Assembly: GCA_018396675.1 (NCBI GenBank)
Contig: JAGTQX010000004.1
Location: 3,697-67,696 of the forward strand
Direction: 5' to 3'
DNA: 64,000 bases
Origin: Candidatus Bathyarchaeota archaeon
GTDB lineage: Archaea > Thermoproteota > Bathyarchaeia > Bathyarchaeales > Bathycorpusculaceae
Below the pieces are notes generated by a model. That model did not search any database. It worked only from the letters and a program-made list of their open reading frames with translations, and was not told the origin of the DNA. Shown one piece after another: positions 48,283-58,589 of this stretch (the first letter of the stretch is position 1; the number at the start of each line of letters is the position of its first letter). The position numbers and the translations under genes are program-made.

Positions 48283-49271
48283 GAGAGAAAAAAATTTCTG
48301 ACGTAATAAAAAAGACTTGGAAGGACACTATTTCGAAACTGAGCAGCTTTGTTCAGAAAGCAAGCAACGGAAAAACTGGCGATGAAGTCAAAAACGGAAG
48401 CTTGCAATCCTTGGCTTATAAACTTATAGGGGGAAAGATAAACCGTTTTTTACCGTTATTTCAGGATTTAGACACGCATTTACAGAGGGCAAGTCTAAAA
48501 ACCAGTTTCAAAGTTTACATTAGTCTAACACTTTTTTCAACAATTTTAATCACAATCGCAATGTTGGTTTCGATTCCATGCATTCTTATGTTTATATTTA
48601 ACTTGCCAGTCTTACCTGCATTCCTGTTCGGTTTAGGTGGAAGCCTCTTCACCGTCGCCTTTTCAGTCATCGGGTTTTACATTTACCCAGTTTACCGCGC
48701 CGATAAACTGCAAAGAGAGTTGGATGACGAGTTAGCCTTCGCAACTGGCTACATGTCCATCCTCGCAAACGCCGGTGTTTCTCCAGAGAAAATTTTCCAT
48801 TCACTTTCCAACCTTCCCATGCCTTTAGCGATTTCTGCAGAGGCAAAGGACGTCATAAGAGACGTGAACCTCTTCGGTTTAGACATAATCTCTGCTTTGG
48901 AACGCGCCTCGAAGCATACGCCTTCGGAAAGATTCCGCGAAGTATTGGAAGGGTTCATTTCAACAATTCATTCAGGAAGCAACCTAGCCGCATATTTACG
49001 GGAAAAATCCAAACAACACATGAAACTTAAGCGAATAAGCCTCCGCAAATTTTCAGATACTTTATCTATACTTTCGGAGTTTTATGTGGCAATACTTGTA
49101 ACTGGACCGTTACTTCTCATAATAATGCTTGCAGTCATGGCAATGATGGGAGGCGGCAATCTTGGACCGTTAGGTCCAGACCTACTGCTCAACATCCTCA
49201 CATACATCGCAATTCCCATAGGCTCAATAATGTTCCTAATAATCCTAGACGCGGCCTCGCCAAAGTGGTAG
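48279..49271 (+). CDS. Type IV pilus membrane platform protein (TadC/PilC, T2SS-F family)
   Basis: ATGA overlap with the ATPase; DDELAFATGYMSILANAG...FGLDIISAL...TPS; hydrophobic helices. Confidence 0.9.
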   Translation: MREKKISDVIKKTWKDTISKLSSFVQKASNGKTGDEVKNGSLQSLAYKLIGGKINRFLPLFQDLDTHLQRASLKTSFKVYISLTLFSTILITIAMLVSIPCILMFIFNLPVLPAFLFGLGGSLFTVAFSVIGFYIYPVYRADKLQRELDDELAFATGYMSILANAGVSPEKIFHSLSNLPMPLAISAEAKDVIRDVNLFGLDIISALERASKHTPSERFREVLEGFISTIHSGSNLAAYLREKSKQHMKLKRISLRKFSDTLSILSEFYVAILVTGPLLLIIMLAVMAMMGGGNLGPLGPDLLLNILTYIAIPIGSIMFLIILDAASPKW

Positions 49272-50093
49272 ATGCAAATGCCAAAAATAGAAAAACCCTT
49301 AAAAAAAATCGTCTGGATTGCTTCTGCCACTTTAGCGTTAGCCATAATACTTTTAGGGTTTTTCACAGTTTGGGGAACCACGTTTTTTGATGAATACGTG
49401 TTTTTCGCCATCATAACCGCTTTCACCCCACCAACGGTGCTGAATTATGTGGATTACCGTTGGAGAAGAGCAGTTGACGAACACTTACCAGACCTATTCA
49501 GAAGTATAGTGCAGGCGCAGGAGACCGGCATGACGTTACCTCGTGCTTTAGAGGAAGCGTCAAAGAGAGATTATGGACCTTTAACGGCTGAACTGCGAAA
49601 AATGAATGCTCAAATTTCATGGGGAATGACGCTGGAAGAGGCGCTGGTGGCTTTTGCCAAACGTGTAAACACCATTCTGGTGCAGAGAACCGTCCCACTA
49701 ATAATCGAGGCAAATCGTTCAGGCGGACATGTAGAAAAAGTGTTTGACCCGATGGGCAAGTTCGTCCAGTCAACGCTTCTAATTCATAAAGAGCGGCGAA
49801 ACCAGACTAGGCCGTACATAGCGATAATTTACGTAGCCTTCTTTGTCTTCATATTCACAATCATACTGTTATTCAAATCATTCTTCGTGGACATAGAAGG
49901 CTTGCCGCTGCTTGGCGCAGCAATAATGGAGCCAACGGAAATAAGACAGCTCTTCTTTCACATGACGATAATTCAGGGCTTTTTCGGCGGTTTAGTTGCG
50001 GGAAAAATGAGCGAAGGAACCGTTAACGCTGGGTTAAAACATAGCATAGTGCTGATGGTCTGCGGTTACTTGGCAATAAAATTTTTCATTTGA
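49272..50093 (+). CDS. Second type IV pilus membrane platform protein (T2SS-F family)
   Basis: LPDLFR....QETGMTL..AL...DYGPL...SWG...GG; GLVAGKMSEG...GLKH. Confidence 0.9.
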   Translation: MQMPKIEKPLKKIVWIASATLALAIILLGFFTVWGTTFFDEYVFFAIITAFTPPTVLNYVDYRWRRAVDEHLPDLFRSIVQAQETGMTLPRALEEASKRDYGPLTAELRKMNAQISWGMTLEEALVAFAKRVNTILVQRTVPLIIEANRSGGHVEKVFDPMGKFVQSTLLIHKERRNQTRPYIAIIYVAFFVFIFTIILLFKSFFVDIEGLPLLGAAIMEPTEIRQLFFHMTIIQGFFGGLVAGKMSEGTVNAGLKHSIVLMVCGYLAIKFFI

Positions 50094-50110
50094 CGGGAGA
50101 CGGGAGGCGA

Positions 50111-50536
50111 ATGGCGATGTGGAAACTTGTCCGTAATAAGCGTGGTGTGACGCCCGTTTTGAGTAATCTTCTTCTGATGGTTGTTGCCGTAGCCGCTATG
50201 TCAATTGCGGCAGTATCAACTTACGTTATAACAACAAACCTTCGCGAAACCATGGGCGAACGCTTGATTATAGAAGATGTTTGGTTCAACAATGCAACCG
50301 CTATGGGCGAGCAGCAGATAAGCGTTTACATACGCAATGTTGGAAAAGTGTCCATAAGCATTTCAACGGTTTACGTGAACCACACCCGTCGTCAGCCATC
50401 CCAAAAGCTAGAGTTGGGTTTAGAGGATCATGGATGGCTCAACATCACCTACAGTTGGGAACACAACAGCCTCTACTATTTGGAGATAGTTACAACGAGG
50501 GGAACACATGTCGGAGGCTATTATAAGGCACCTTAA
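50111..50536 (+). CDS. Archaeal type IV pilin
   Basis: NKRG|VTPVLSNLLLMVVAVAAM class III signal; ERLIIEDV, YIRNVG, IVTTRG. Confidence 0.88.
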   Translation: MAMWKLVRNKRGVTPVLSNLLLMVVAVAAMSIAAVSTYVITTNLRETMGERLIIEDVWFNNATAMGEQQISVYIRNVGKVSISISTVYVNHTRRQPSQKLELGLEDHGWLNITYSWEHNSLYYLEIVTTRGTHVGGYYKAP

Positions 50537-52349
50537 AAAGTTAAGGCACAACAGACGCGGGATAAGCAACGTGCTAGTTGTAATGCTGAGCCTCGTCCTT
50601 GTAGTAGTGATAGTCGCGAATGTTATACTCTGGAGCTATCAAATGAGCCAACTAGACATTGAAAGAATGCAAGAATCTCTAAGTATCACAAACGCCACAA
50701 GAATAACTCACTCAGCATGGTTCGCAGCCCAGAACGAATTTTCGATAATAACGGGAAGCAGAATAGGCGGTTCTTATTTAGATACCAAAAATGTGGATGA
50801 TTTTCAAGAAACTTTTAGAGAAGAATTTCCTTCTACCCATTATAATCCTTCAGACTACATTCTAGGAAGTTCCACTAAACTTGTTTCTGGCACAATAACG
50901 GACGTCCAAACAGATAACGATGTATACATGCAATTTGAAAGCTACCCATCTGCGTTCTCGAGCACTACTGAAATCTTTGGAAATAACGTTGCTGGAACAA
51001 GTTACCGTGGCACGGTAAACACCATTGTCGGCTCAGTCTTCACCCCAACAAAGGATGGGGAGGCGCAGAGCATCACGATATATGTTCGTGTAACATATAG
51101 CTCCAAAAATATGAGGTGCGCAATCTACTTGCACAGCAACTTAAGCTTAATAGCACAAACAGAAGAAAGAACCGTTCAAACAGGTACTGCATGGGTAACG
51201 TTCAATTTTAACACGCTTAGACCAGTGCTTAGAGCGGGCACCGAATATTTGCTTGTTGCTTGGGCGCGGTCTTCTAGTGGCGGAAACGCAAATTTGTACT
51301 ACACCTCTGGAGCGCAATATCAAGGGCACTATGTAAGCTCAACTTATGGATCAAGTTTCCCGAATCCAATGCCGAATCCTACTCATGAGTCTAGGGCATA
51401 TTGTATTTACTGCACTTTTAAGCCTGCTGTTGAAGAGAAGATTGAAATTGAATTTACCGGAACAGCAGACACGCAGTCTTGGACAAACCTAACATGGTCA
51501 GTGAATAACTGCTTCACAACTGATGAGGTGACAACGACTTATCAGCTCTACAATTACCAAACAGGTGAGTACCCTGCGAGTGGAGACGGATATAAAGACG
51601 CAATAATTGGAACAGCGGAAGACAACATTACACAATCAATAACCAGCAATCCCATGAATTTTAAGGATGCTGAAGGTAACTGGAAAATGAAAATAACTGG
51701 AACAAAGGCAACATCAGCGCCATTCAATTTTAAAGTCGACTTTATAGAGCTTGAGGCTGTGCTGTCAAACGTTTATCAGCTTGAAATCTGCAACCTTTTT
51801 GCAGTGGACTTATCGAGGTACCCTTTGAGCTACATGTATGGCATCGAAATAATGGTAAGATATAATGTTTCAGAAGAGGCTAAACGCTGGTTTATAGAAG
51901 CGTATGACTGGGCTTCTGCAAGCTTTAACGATGCGGGCTTCAATAATACTGGAGGGAGCCAGCCCATACCTAATGAGTGGAACGAGTATACTGTGAGCGT
52001 AGCTGAAAACTGGATGAGCTACATAGATAGTGAGGGAGTAATTCAAATAAAGTTCAGCAGCGAAAAAACAAGCGAGAACCAAACGCTAGTAAATATAGAT
52101 TTCATTGGAGTACGCGCCATCCTTAATGGTGCATGCTTAGACATAAAAAATGGTGGCGCATTAACAACTCATATAGTCTCGATATGGGTTATCAACTCAA
52201 CGTATCATAAACGTTATGATGCAGACTTCTTCATAAACTCCGGAGAAAGCGCAGAATACATTAGATTAGATATAGATTTAACTTCCGAAGACTTTAAAGT
52301 CAAAGTTGTTACTGAAAGGGGAAACATAGCTGTCTTTTCAAGCAGTTAG
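50508..52349 (+). CDS. Large minor pilin/adhesin with inserted domains
   Basis: NRRG|ISNVLVVMLSLVLVVVIV signal; C-terminal pilin half IKNGG...HIVSIWV...KVVTERGN. Confidence 0.82.
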   Translation: MSEAIIRHLKKLRHNRRGISNVLVVMLSLVLVVVIVANVILWSYQMSQLDIERMQESLSITNATRITHSAWFAAQNEFSIITGSRIGGSYLDTKNVDDFQETFREEFPSTHYNPSDYILGSSTKLVSGTITDVQTDNDVYMQFESYPSAFSSTTEIFGNNVAGTSYRGTVNTIVGSVFTPTKDGEAQSITIYVRVTYSSKNMRCAIYLHSNLSLIAQTEERTVQTGTAWVTFNFNTLRPVLRAGTEYLLVAWARSSSGGNANLYYTSGAQYQGHYVSSTYGSSFPNPMPNPTHESRAYCIYCTFKPAVEEKIEIEFTGTADTQSWTNLTWSVNNCFTTDEVTTTYQLYNYQTGEYPASGDGYKDAIIGTAEDNITQSITSNPMNFKDAEGNWKMKITGTKATSAPFNFKVDFIELEAVLSNVYQLEICNLFAVDLSRYPLSYMYGIEIMVRYNVSEEAKRWFIEAYDWASASFNDAGFNNTGGSQPIPNEWNEYTVSVAENWMSYIDSEGVIQIKFSSEKTSENQTLVNIDFIGVRAILNGACLDIKNGGALTTHIVSIWVINSTYHKRYDADFFINSGESAEYIRLDIDLTSEDFKVKVVTERGNIAVFSSS

Positions 52350-53341
52350 CGCTTTCGACTATTTTTTGCTAGCTCTTCTTTGAAAGTTTTCATCACTTCT
52401 TTGGCGTCTCTAGCCTCCACAACTTTGATGTTGTAGAGTTCAGCCATTTTTTTGGCGTTTTCGCTTAATTTTGGGATGGCAATTAGGTAGGCATTTTCAG
52501 GCGAAACGTCATATATCTTCGCGAACAGGGCGATTACTGGCTGTTCGGAAACTGCGTTTTCCGTAGCGATTGACACATCCATTACGGTTAATTTTTTTGT
52601 TTGCTCTTTTCGGTAAGCGGCTATGTCAAACATGTGATTTGCTCCAGATTTGCCCTTCAGAAAGGCTGGAGCCTCAACTTCGAATCCGTTTTCAACGAGA
52701 AAAGCCTTTATTGGAGCCGCGAAAATCCAGCTAGCGGCTATTTCGTCTTTAACCTCTTCGTTTAGGCTATAAGAGTACACGTCTTTGATTTCTGTATCTT
52801 CAAACGTGAATTCAGCTTGACAGTTTCTGCAAAAGTGTCGGGTAACTGGAATGTCAAAGCTTTTGCCACAGTCTTTACAGGTGCACCATATTCCAGCTTT
52901 CCTATAGTCAACATCGAGCCTTTTCATTTCTTCACGACATTTTGGACAGACAAGCTTTTCTCCTTTGCGAAAGTTTTCTTCTACATCCATATAGCCGCAT
53001 TTAACATGCTCAATTAATGAACCCTTATGAATGTTGAAAGACTTACAGTATGGGCAACAGTAATGTGTTGAAACGTTTTGTGAGTTGCAACTGGGGCAGT
53101 ATATGACTTTGTCGTAGAGTTTTCTTTCAATTATGCCAGAAGCACAAAGCCTATCCAGAAAGTCTTCAACGTTTTCAGCTTCTCCTAAAATAGCCTCAAC
53201 TTCAGGGTATCGATACCCAAGTTTCGGGTCGAAAACAGGTTTGAGCTCATTCAGTTCTCCGCTTAAAAATTTGCTTAAGAAAACTTGCACGCTTTTTTCC
53301 TTATACAGTTCTACCCTTTCAGACTTTCCCGTCTTAAGCAT
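52346..53341 (-). CDS. TackOD1-like multi-Zn-ribbon protein with C-terminal restriction-endonuclease-like fold
   Basis: GYRYP, CPSC, CPYC, EHVKCGY, CPKC, CKDC, CRNC; C-terminal GKSGANHMFDI. Confidence 0.75.
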   Translation of the reverse strand: MLKTGKSERVELYKEKSVQVFLSKFLSGELNELKPVFDPKLGYRYPEVEAILGEAENVEDFLDRLCASGIIERKLYDKVIYCPSCNSQNVSTHYCCPYCKSFNIHKGSLIEHVKCGYMDVEENFRKGEKLVCPKCREEMKRLDVDYRKAGIWCTCKDCGKSFDIPVTRHFCRNCQAEFTFEDTEIKDVYSYSLNEEVKDEIAASWIFAAPIKAFLVENGFEVEAPAFLKGKSGANHMFDIAAYRKEQTKKLTVMDVSIATENAVSEQPVIALFAKIYDVSPENAYLIAIPKLSENAKKMAELYNIKVVEARDAKEVMKTFKEELAKNSRKR

Positions 53342-53392
53342 AGAATTCCCATGCCGCGTTTTCTCGAAGTTAAACCATTTAAAGGCTACACA

Positions 53393-53404
53393 CTTATTAA
53401 TAAG
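53393..53404. promoter_or_regulatory. Palindromic AT box CTTATTAATAAG between divergent genes (TATA-like on both strands)
   Basis: Perfect 12-bp palindrome in the 53342-53497 intergenic region. Confidence 0.4.
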
Positions 53405-53497
53405 ATTTCTACTGTTAAAACTTTCCATGAAAACCAGAAGTAAACGGGAAAAGTTTAAAGCTTCGCCATGTTCTCTGGTTTTGAGAAGGTGAAAAAG

Positions 53498-53656
53498 GTG
53501 AGTGGCAAAACAAGAAATCTTGCACGCTGCCCAAAATGTGGCTTTTCATTTGACATCTCGTATGGTAGAGCCTTCGCTTGTTCTGGATGCCCATCAAACG
53601 TGCAATGCAGTTATGCCAAATGTCCAAAGTGCGGAAACGAATTTCCACTACATTAG
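53498..53656 (+). CDS. 52-aa Cys-rich metal-binding protein
   Basis: AAGGTGA SD then GTG; CPKC...CSGC.....C....CPKC (7 Cys). Confidence 0.75.
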   Translation: MSGKTRNLARCPKCGFSFDISYGRAFACSGCPSNVQCSYAKCPKCGNEFPLH

Positions 53657-53778
53657 CTCCCCGGCTGTAGTGTTCCGCAAAGGACGATTTGAAAGTTTAA
53701 AAGTGTTATAGGAACAGTCATGTTTTTTAACTTGAATTTTCATATTCATGAGACACTGGCGTTAATGATGGTGGTTGT

Positions 53779-54639
53779 TTGTCAACTCAAAAAGCTCCTA
53801 AAGGTTTAGCTCCTCGTTGGGCAAACTTGAAAGGGTTAACAACAATTTTGATTTTCATCATAATTTCCGCACTGCTTGAATACGTGATTGTCATTTACGC
53901 CATAAGTCTTGGAGTTAAAGACGAGAATCCTCTACAATGGAGTTTCCAGTTTCCAGGAACCGATTGGACAGCAACGATTGCTGTGAGTCCACTATTCCAC
54001 CTAGTTCCAATAACAGTGATAATAGCATTAGTTTTTAGTTGGATTTGCTTAAGTAAATACTTGGCAACAAGACCACGAGAAAAAATGAGTGCTCAAAAAA
54101 AGAGCCAACCATCAAAAGGTGTAAGCGGTGCAGTTGGAAGCTTTTTTGGAAAATTAAAATTGAAACTGTTCAAAGTGAAAGGAGTTGAATACTTACGGAA
54201 CAAGACAACTACAGCAAGAGTGACTGTAAAAAGTGCCTTGACAATATTTCTGGTTTTTTCGGCATTAACCCTTCTGTTTTCCGTTCTGGCTTTTCCAGAA
54301 CTAGTTTACCAAACTTTTGTGAACCTTTACCAGAGCAATCCTTCACTTCTTGAGTTTGTGAAGGCAACAAACAGCGCCACAAAAGGTTTGGTGGAGGCGC
54401 TTGCCCCAATAGGATGGGTTTGCACAGCCATATACAACGCTTTAGCCGCGTCTGCTTCTGGTTTAAGATGGTTTGTTTCAGCTCTGGGAAGCGTAACAAA
54501 ACCTTTAGCTGAATCTTCACCAGCAAGCAAATATTTGGCTTTCCAGAACATTGCGGTTTGGATTTCAGCTTTTTCAGTGCTTTTTTATGGCATGTTAACG
54601 CGAAAAAGTTATCGCCACATTAGGGCAAAAAGAAGTTAG
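53779..54639 (+). CDS. Hypothetical integral membrane protein
   Basis: About four hydrophobic segments with basic loops; GGTGG SD. Confidence 0.75.
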   Translation: MSTQKAPKGLAPRWANLKGLTTILIFIIISALLEYVIVIYAISLGVKDENPLQWSFQFPGTDWTATIAVSPLFHLVPITVIIALVFSWICLSKYLATRPREKMSAQKKSQPSKGVSGAVGSFFGKLKLKLFKVKGVEYLRNKTTTARVTVKSALTIFLVFSALTLLFSVLAFPELVYQTFVNLYQSNPSLLEFVKATNSATKGLVEALAPIGWVCTAIYNALAASASGLRWFVSALGSVTKPLAESSPASKYLAFQNIAVWISAFSVLFYGMLTRKSYRHIRAKRS

Positions 54640-54650
54640 AGGCTTTATGA

Positions 54651-55517
54651 ATGGCTGACCGCCCAAGGTTCGGCCCGGCAGGGGTGCCCCCAACTTTCAG
54701 GATTATGAATGCAACTCTAGCTGATGTTCCGAGGCTTCTGCGAGAAGAAGGATTAGACGCTTTTGAATATCAAGCGGTTCGTTGGGGTTCAAAACCGCAG
54801 ATGAGAAAGGAAGAAGCTGAAAAATTGGGTTTGAAAGCGAGAGAAAACGATGTTTTGCTTAGCCTACACGGTTCATATTTTATAAACTTCTGTGGCGATA
54901 AGGAAACTGTTGAAGCGAGCAAAGACCGCCTTATAGCATGTGCAACGGCTTCAGAGTGGATGGGCGCCCAGACAGTCGTTTTCCATCCTGGTTTTTATGG
55001 AAAAAAATCGCCGAAAGAAATTTTTAAAGAATGTCTAGAAGCGTTAAAAGATGTTGTGGAAAGACTGAAAACAATCGGCGTTAGACACGTGAAACTTGGC
55101 CCAGAAACAATGGGTAAACCATCCCAGTTTGGGAGCCTAGAGGAAGTCTTGGCTTTATGCGAAAGCGCAGAGCAGATGCAACCTGTAATAGATTGGGCGC
55201 ATTTGCATGCCCGTGATAGAGGACGCTTCAAGACAATTGAAGATTTTCGCAACGTTGCTGAAACAGTTGAGAAACGTTTGGGAACAGAGGCCGTCAAAAA
55301 CATGCACTGCCACTTCACGAAGGTTGAGTTCACGGATAAAGGAGAAAAATGTCACCATACTCTGGAAGAGGCGGGTTACGGGCCGGACTTCACAATGCTT
55401 GCAAAAGTTATAGCGGAATTTAAGCTTAACCCAGTCATAATAAGTGAAAGCCCAATTTTAGACATTGATGCGATAAAAATGCGGGAAATCCTCAAAAAAG
55501 AAATGGGATTGGACTAG
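54651..55517 (+). CDS. nfo: Endonuclease IV (AP endonuclease family 2)
   Basis: RFGPAG, HGSYFIN, FHPG, PETMGK.SQFG, DWAHLHAR, HCHF, ISESP. Confidence 0.92.
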   Translation: MADRPRFGPAGVPPTFRIMNATLADVPRLLREEGLDAFEYQAVRWGSKPQMRKEEAEKLGLKARENDVLLSLHGSYFINFCGDKETVEASKDRLIACATASEWMGAQTVVFHPGFYGKKSPKEIFKECLEALKDVVERLKTIGVRHVKLGPETMGKPSQFGSLEEVLALCESAEQMQPVIDWAHLHARDRGRFKTIEDFRNVAETVEKRLGTEAVKNMHCHFTKVEFTDKGEKCHHTLEEAGYGPDFTMLAKVIAEFKLNPVIISESPILDIDAIKMREILKKEMGLD

Positions 55518-55581
55518 AATTCGACGAGCGTTTTGGATGCGATACCTTTTTCTGCAAAGCTTACGTGCTCTGTATTGGTGA

Positions 55582-56838
55582 TTGCCAGTTTTGGCTAGGT
55601 TGAAAGGGTTCCAAAAACTTGTTACAGTGGAAGAGGCCGAGAAACTGTTCTTCGCAAACTTGGAGATTAAGCCATTAAAAGCGGAAACTGTTCCTTTACG
55701 CCAAGCCCTTAACCGTGTCTTAGCCAAAGACATTTTGGCCAAAGAAGATTTACCGCGATTTGACAGGTCAGCGGTTGACGGTTTCGCCGTAAAAGCTGAA
55801 GACACCTTTGGAGCCTCACAGTTTAAGCCGAAAACCCTCAAGATAACAACCGCAACTGCCATAAAAGGCGGTGAGGCTAAACAAGTTTGGACTGGAAACC
55901 CGATTCCAAACGGCGCCAACGCGGTCTTAATGATTGAAAACGTGAAACGCGTAAATGACGAAATAGAAGTTTGGACTGCTGTGGTGCCAGGCGAAAACGT
56001 TTCAAAAAGAGGAGAGGACATTGCGCAAGGCGAAGTTGCAGTAAAAGCTGGAACACGCCTAAAGCCGCAGCATCTTGGATTACTAGCCTCGCTGGGCATA
56101 ACAGAAATTAGTGTCTACAAGATGCCAAAGGTTGCAGTTTTGGCTACGGGAAACGAGCTTGTAGAAGCCGGCGGAAAACCGCGCAAAGACCAGATTTTCG
56201 AAGCAAACAGGCTTATCATCGCGTCTTTATGCCAAGAGCTTGGGGCAGAACCTTTAGATTTAGGCATAGCGAAGGACGACCTTAAAGAGATTTCCAGCAA
56301 GATTAGCCAAGGACTTGAAAGTGCAGATGTTGTTGCAACTACTGGAGGAACAAGCGTCGGCGCTTCAGACCTTGTCCCAACTGCCGTAAACGCGATTGGC
56401 AAGCCGGGTGTAATAGTTCACGGAGTGGCAATGCGTCCAGCCATGCCAACAGCTCTTGCAGTTATAAACAACAAGCCGGTAATTATTCTTTCAGGTAATC
56501 CCGTGGCGGCGATGTTCGGTTTTGAGGTTTTCGCTAGGCCTTTAATATTCAAGATGTTAGGTGTCAAACATGAAGCGAGACCAGTTGTAAATGCTAAGCT
56601 AACACGGAGAACGGCTACTGCTCTTGGGAGAAAAACGTTCGTCAGAGTCCGCGTTTTTCAGCGCGGCGGAGAATTTTACGCGGAACCAATAAGCGCTAAA
56701 GGCTCTGGCGTGATTTCCACTATGACCAAGGCTAACGGCTACGTGGTTGCTTCAGAAAACCGTGAAGGACTCGCGGAAGGTGAAATAGTTCAAGTACGCC
56801 TTTTTGATGTTCTGGAGGAAAGTGACCAGTATGTTTAG
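55582..56838 (+). CDS. moeA: Molybdopterin molybdo/tungsto-transferase MoeA
   Basis: FDRSAVDGFAV, TGNP.P.GA.AV, ATGNEL, TGGTSVG..D, LSGNP. Confidence 0.95.
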   Translation: MPVLARLKGFQKLVTVEEAEKLFFANLEIKPLKAETVPLRQALNRVLAKDILAKEDLPRFDRSAVDGFAVKAEDTFGASQFKPKTLKITTATAIKGGEAKQVWTGNPIPNGANAVLMIENVKRVNDEIEVWTAVVPGENVSKRGEDIAQGEVAVKAGTRLKPQHLGLLASLGITEISVYKMPKVAVLATGNELVEAGGKPRKDQIFEANRLIIASLCQELGAEPLDLGIAKDDLKEISSKISQGLESADVVATTGGTSVGASDLVPTAVNAIGKPGVIVHGVAMRPAMPTALAVINNKPVIILSGNPVAAMFGFEVFARPLIFKMLGVKHEARPVVNAKLTRRTATALGRKTFVRVRVFQRGGEFYAEPISAKGSGVISTMTKANGYVVASENREGLAEGEIVQVRLFDVLEESDQYV

Positions 56839-58069
56839 AAAGTTATCGACGTTTGAGGAAGCGAAAAAAATTATACAAAAGCATTTTGATGCCAAACCTC
56901 TAGGCGTGGAGGAAATACCGCTTATTGAAGCGTATAATCGCATTTTAGCGGAAGATGTGACGGCGACTTTGGATGTCCCACCATTCAACCGTTCAACTGT
57001 CGACGGTTACGCAGTAAAAGCCGAAGACACTTTCGGTGCAGACGAAAACAAGCCGATAATTCTGGAACTTTGCGGGACGGTTAATGTTGGAGAACCGCCG
57101 AAACTTCATGTGAAAAATGGAAAAACAGCCGAAATAGTGACTGGTGCACCAATACCTGAAGGCGCAGACGCCGTCGTCATGACGGAAAACACTGAACGTG
57201 TTGACAACAGAATCTACATCTACAGTGCCGTGGTGAAAGATGAAAACGTAATGAAAGCAGGATCGGACATAAAGAAGGGAGAAACAGTCATTAGGAAAGG
57301 TCAAAGTTTAGGGCCAAGAGAAATAGGTGCCTTAGCAGCGCTTGGACACTCAAAAGTTAAAGTTTACAAAATTCCACAGGTTGCGGTCTTATCCACAGGT
57401 GCAGAAGTAACTGCTCCGGGGAAACCTCTTCCACCAGGAAAAATCTACGACATAAATGCCTACAGCATAAGTGCAGCCATAACTGAAAGCGGCGGAAAAC
57501 CAGTCTTTTTGGGAGTTTTACCCGACGACGCAGCGGAAGTTGAAAAGGCAATAAAAAAGGCGCTTGCGTCTGCAGACATTGTCATAACTTCTGGTGGAGT
57601 TTCGGTCGGCCCAAAGGATGTGATTCCAAAAACTTTGGAGAAGCTTGGAAAACCTGGTTTAATAGTCTGCGGAATAGCAATCAAACCTGGGAAACCAACA
57701 ACGGTAGCTGCTGTTGACGGGAAACTTGTTTTTGCATTGCCTGGACACCCTACATCTGCGCTTTTGATTTTCCATCTGCTTGTGCGCCCAATAATAGAGG
57801 GCAAGGCGGGAAGAAAAACAACAGAGACTGTAAAGGTTAAAGCTTCAGCGTCAACACGGATGTTTCCAGCAAGAGGCAGACGAACCTTTGTCATGGTGAA
57901 ACTTACGGGAGATGAAGCGAAAGGACTAATTGCTGAACCAGTTCCAACAGGGCTTTCAGGCGCGATAACAACACTGTTAAAGGCTGACGGATTTGTGGAA
58001 ATTACTGAAAATCAACAGTTCATCGATACGGGCGAAGAGGTTACAGTGCATCTTTTCAAAAAAGGCTAA
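56831..58069 (+). CDS. moeA: Second MoeA paralogue
   Basis: FNRSTVDGYAV, TGAPIPEGADAV, STGAE, SGGVSVG, KPGKP, LPGHP. Confidence 0.95.
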   Translation: MFRKLSTFEEAKKIIQKHFDAKPLGVEEIPLIEAYNRILAEDVTATLDVPPFNRSTVDGYAVKAEDTFGADENKPIILELCGTVNVGEPPKLHVKNGKTAEIVTGAPIPEGADAVVMTENTERVDNRIYIYSAVVKDENVMKAGSDIKKGETVIRKGQSLGPREIGALAALGHSKVKVYKIPQVAVLSTGAEVTAPGKPLPPGKIYDINAYSISAAITESGGKPVFLGVLPDDAAEVEKAIKKALASADIVITSGGVSVGPKDVIPKTLEKLGKPGLIVCGIAIKPGKPTTVAAVDGKLVFALPGHPTSALLIFHLLVRPIIEGKAGRKTTETVKVKASASTRMFPARGRRTFVMVKLTGDEAKGLIAEPVPTGLSGAITTLLKADGFVEITENQQFIDTGEEVTVHLFKKG

Positions 58070-58081
58070 AATAGGCATAAT

Positions 58082-58438
58082 TCAAGGTTGAAGTTTCTTT
58101 CTTCTGGCAGCAACATAAACGGTTGAAGCCCACGTCAAGATCAGGTAAACAATAATTGCCAAGTCGACGAGCAGGTCGCGTCCCATAGTGTAATACAGCA
58201 CGGATATTGCAAAAGCGTTTGCCATAAAGAACAGCACGAATAGGCTCCATAAAGCCCAAATCCGTTTTTTGAACAAACCGTAAGCCGTAACCAAGCTTAT
58301 TATGCCAATCAAGCCAATATGAACCAATGCAAGGTCGGTGGCTAAAACAACAAGGCAGATTATGCCTGCAACTACGTAGAATAGGAAAGAGGCAAACATT
58401 TTGGTGTCTTCAATGTTTAACTTGGATTTCCAATCCAT
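58082..58438 (-). CDS. Small hypothetical membrane protein (about 4 TM)
   Basis: Four hydrophobic segments and a basic C-terminus. Confidence 0.7.
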   Translation of the reverse strand: MDWKSKLNIEDTKMFASFLFYVVAGIICLVVLATDLALVHIGLIGIISLVTAYGLFKKRIWALWSLFVLFFMANAFAISVLYYTMGRDLLVDLAIIVYLILTWASTVYVAARRKKLQP

Positions 58439-58589
58439 TTCAGTCAGCCTTCTTGAGTTATGATGCATTAGAATTGAAACGACATTATTAATAAATTATA
58501 TGCTTCTGGCGGATGTTTCTGCAGTATATTTCCGTTTAGAAACACCCCTTTTATAGTGAACCGTTTACTGCTTTGATTGGAGAAGGCAA

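Noticed and set aside
55582..58069. Tandem moeA duplication
   Set aside because: Two MoeA paralogues are common in archaea that use Mo/W cofactors.
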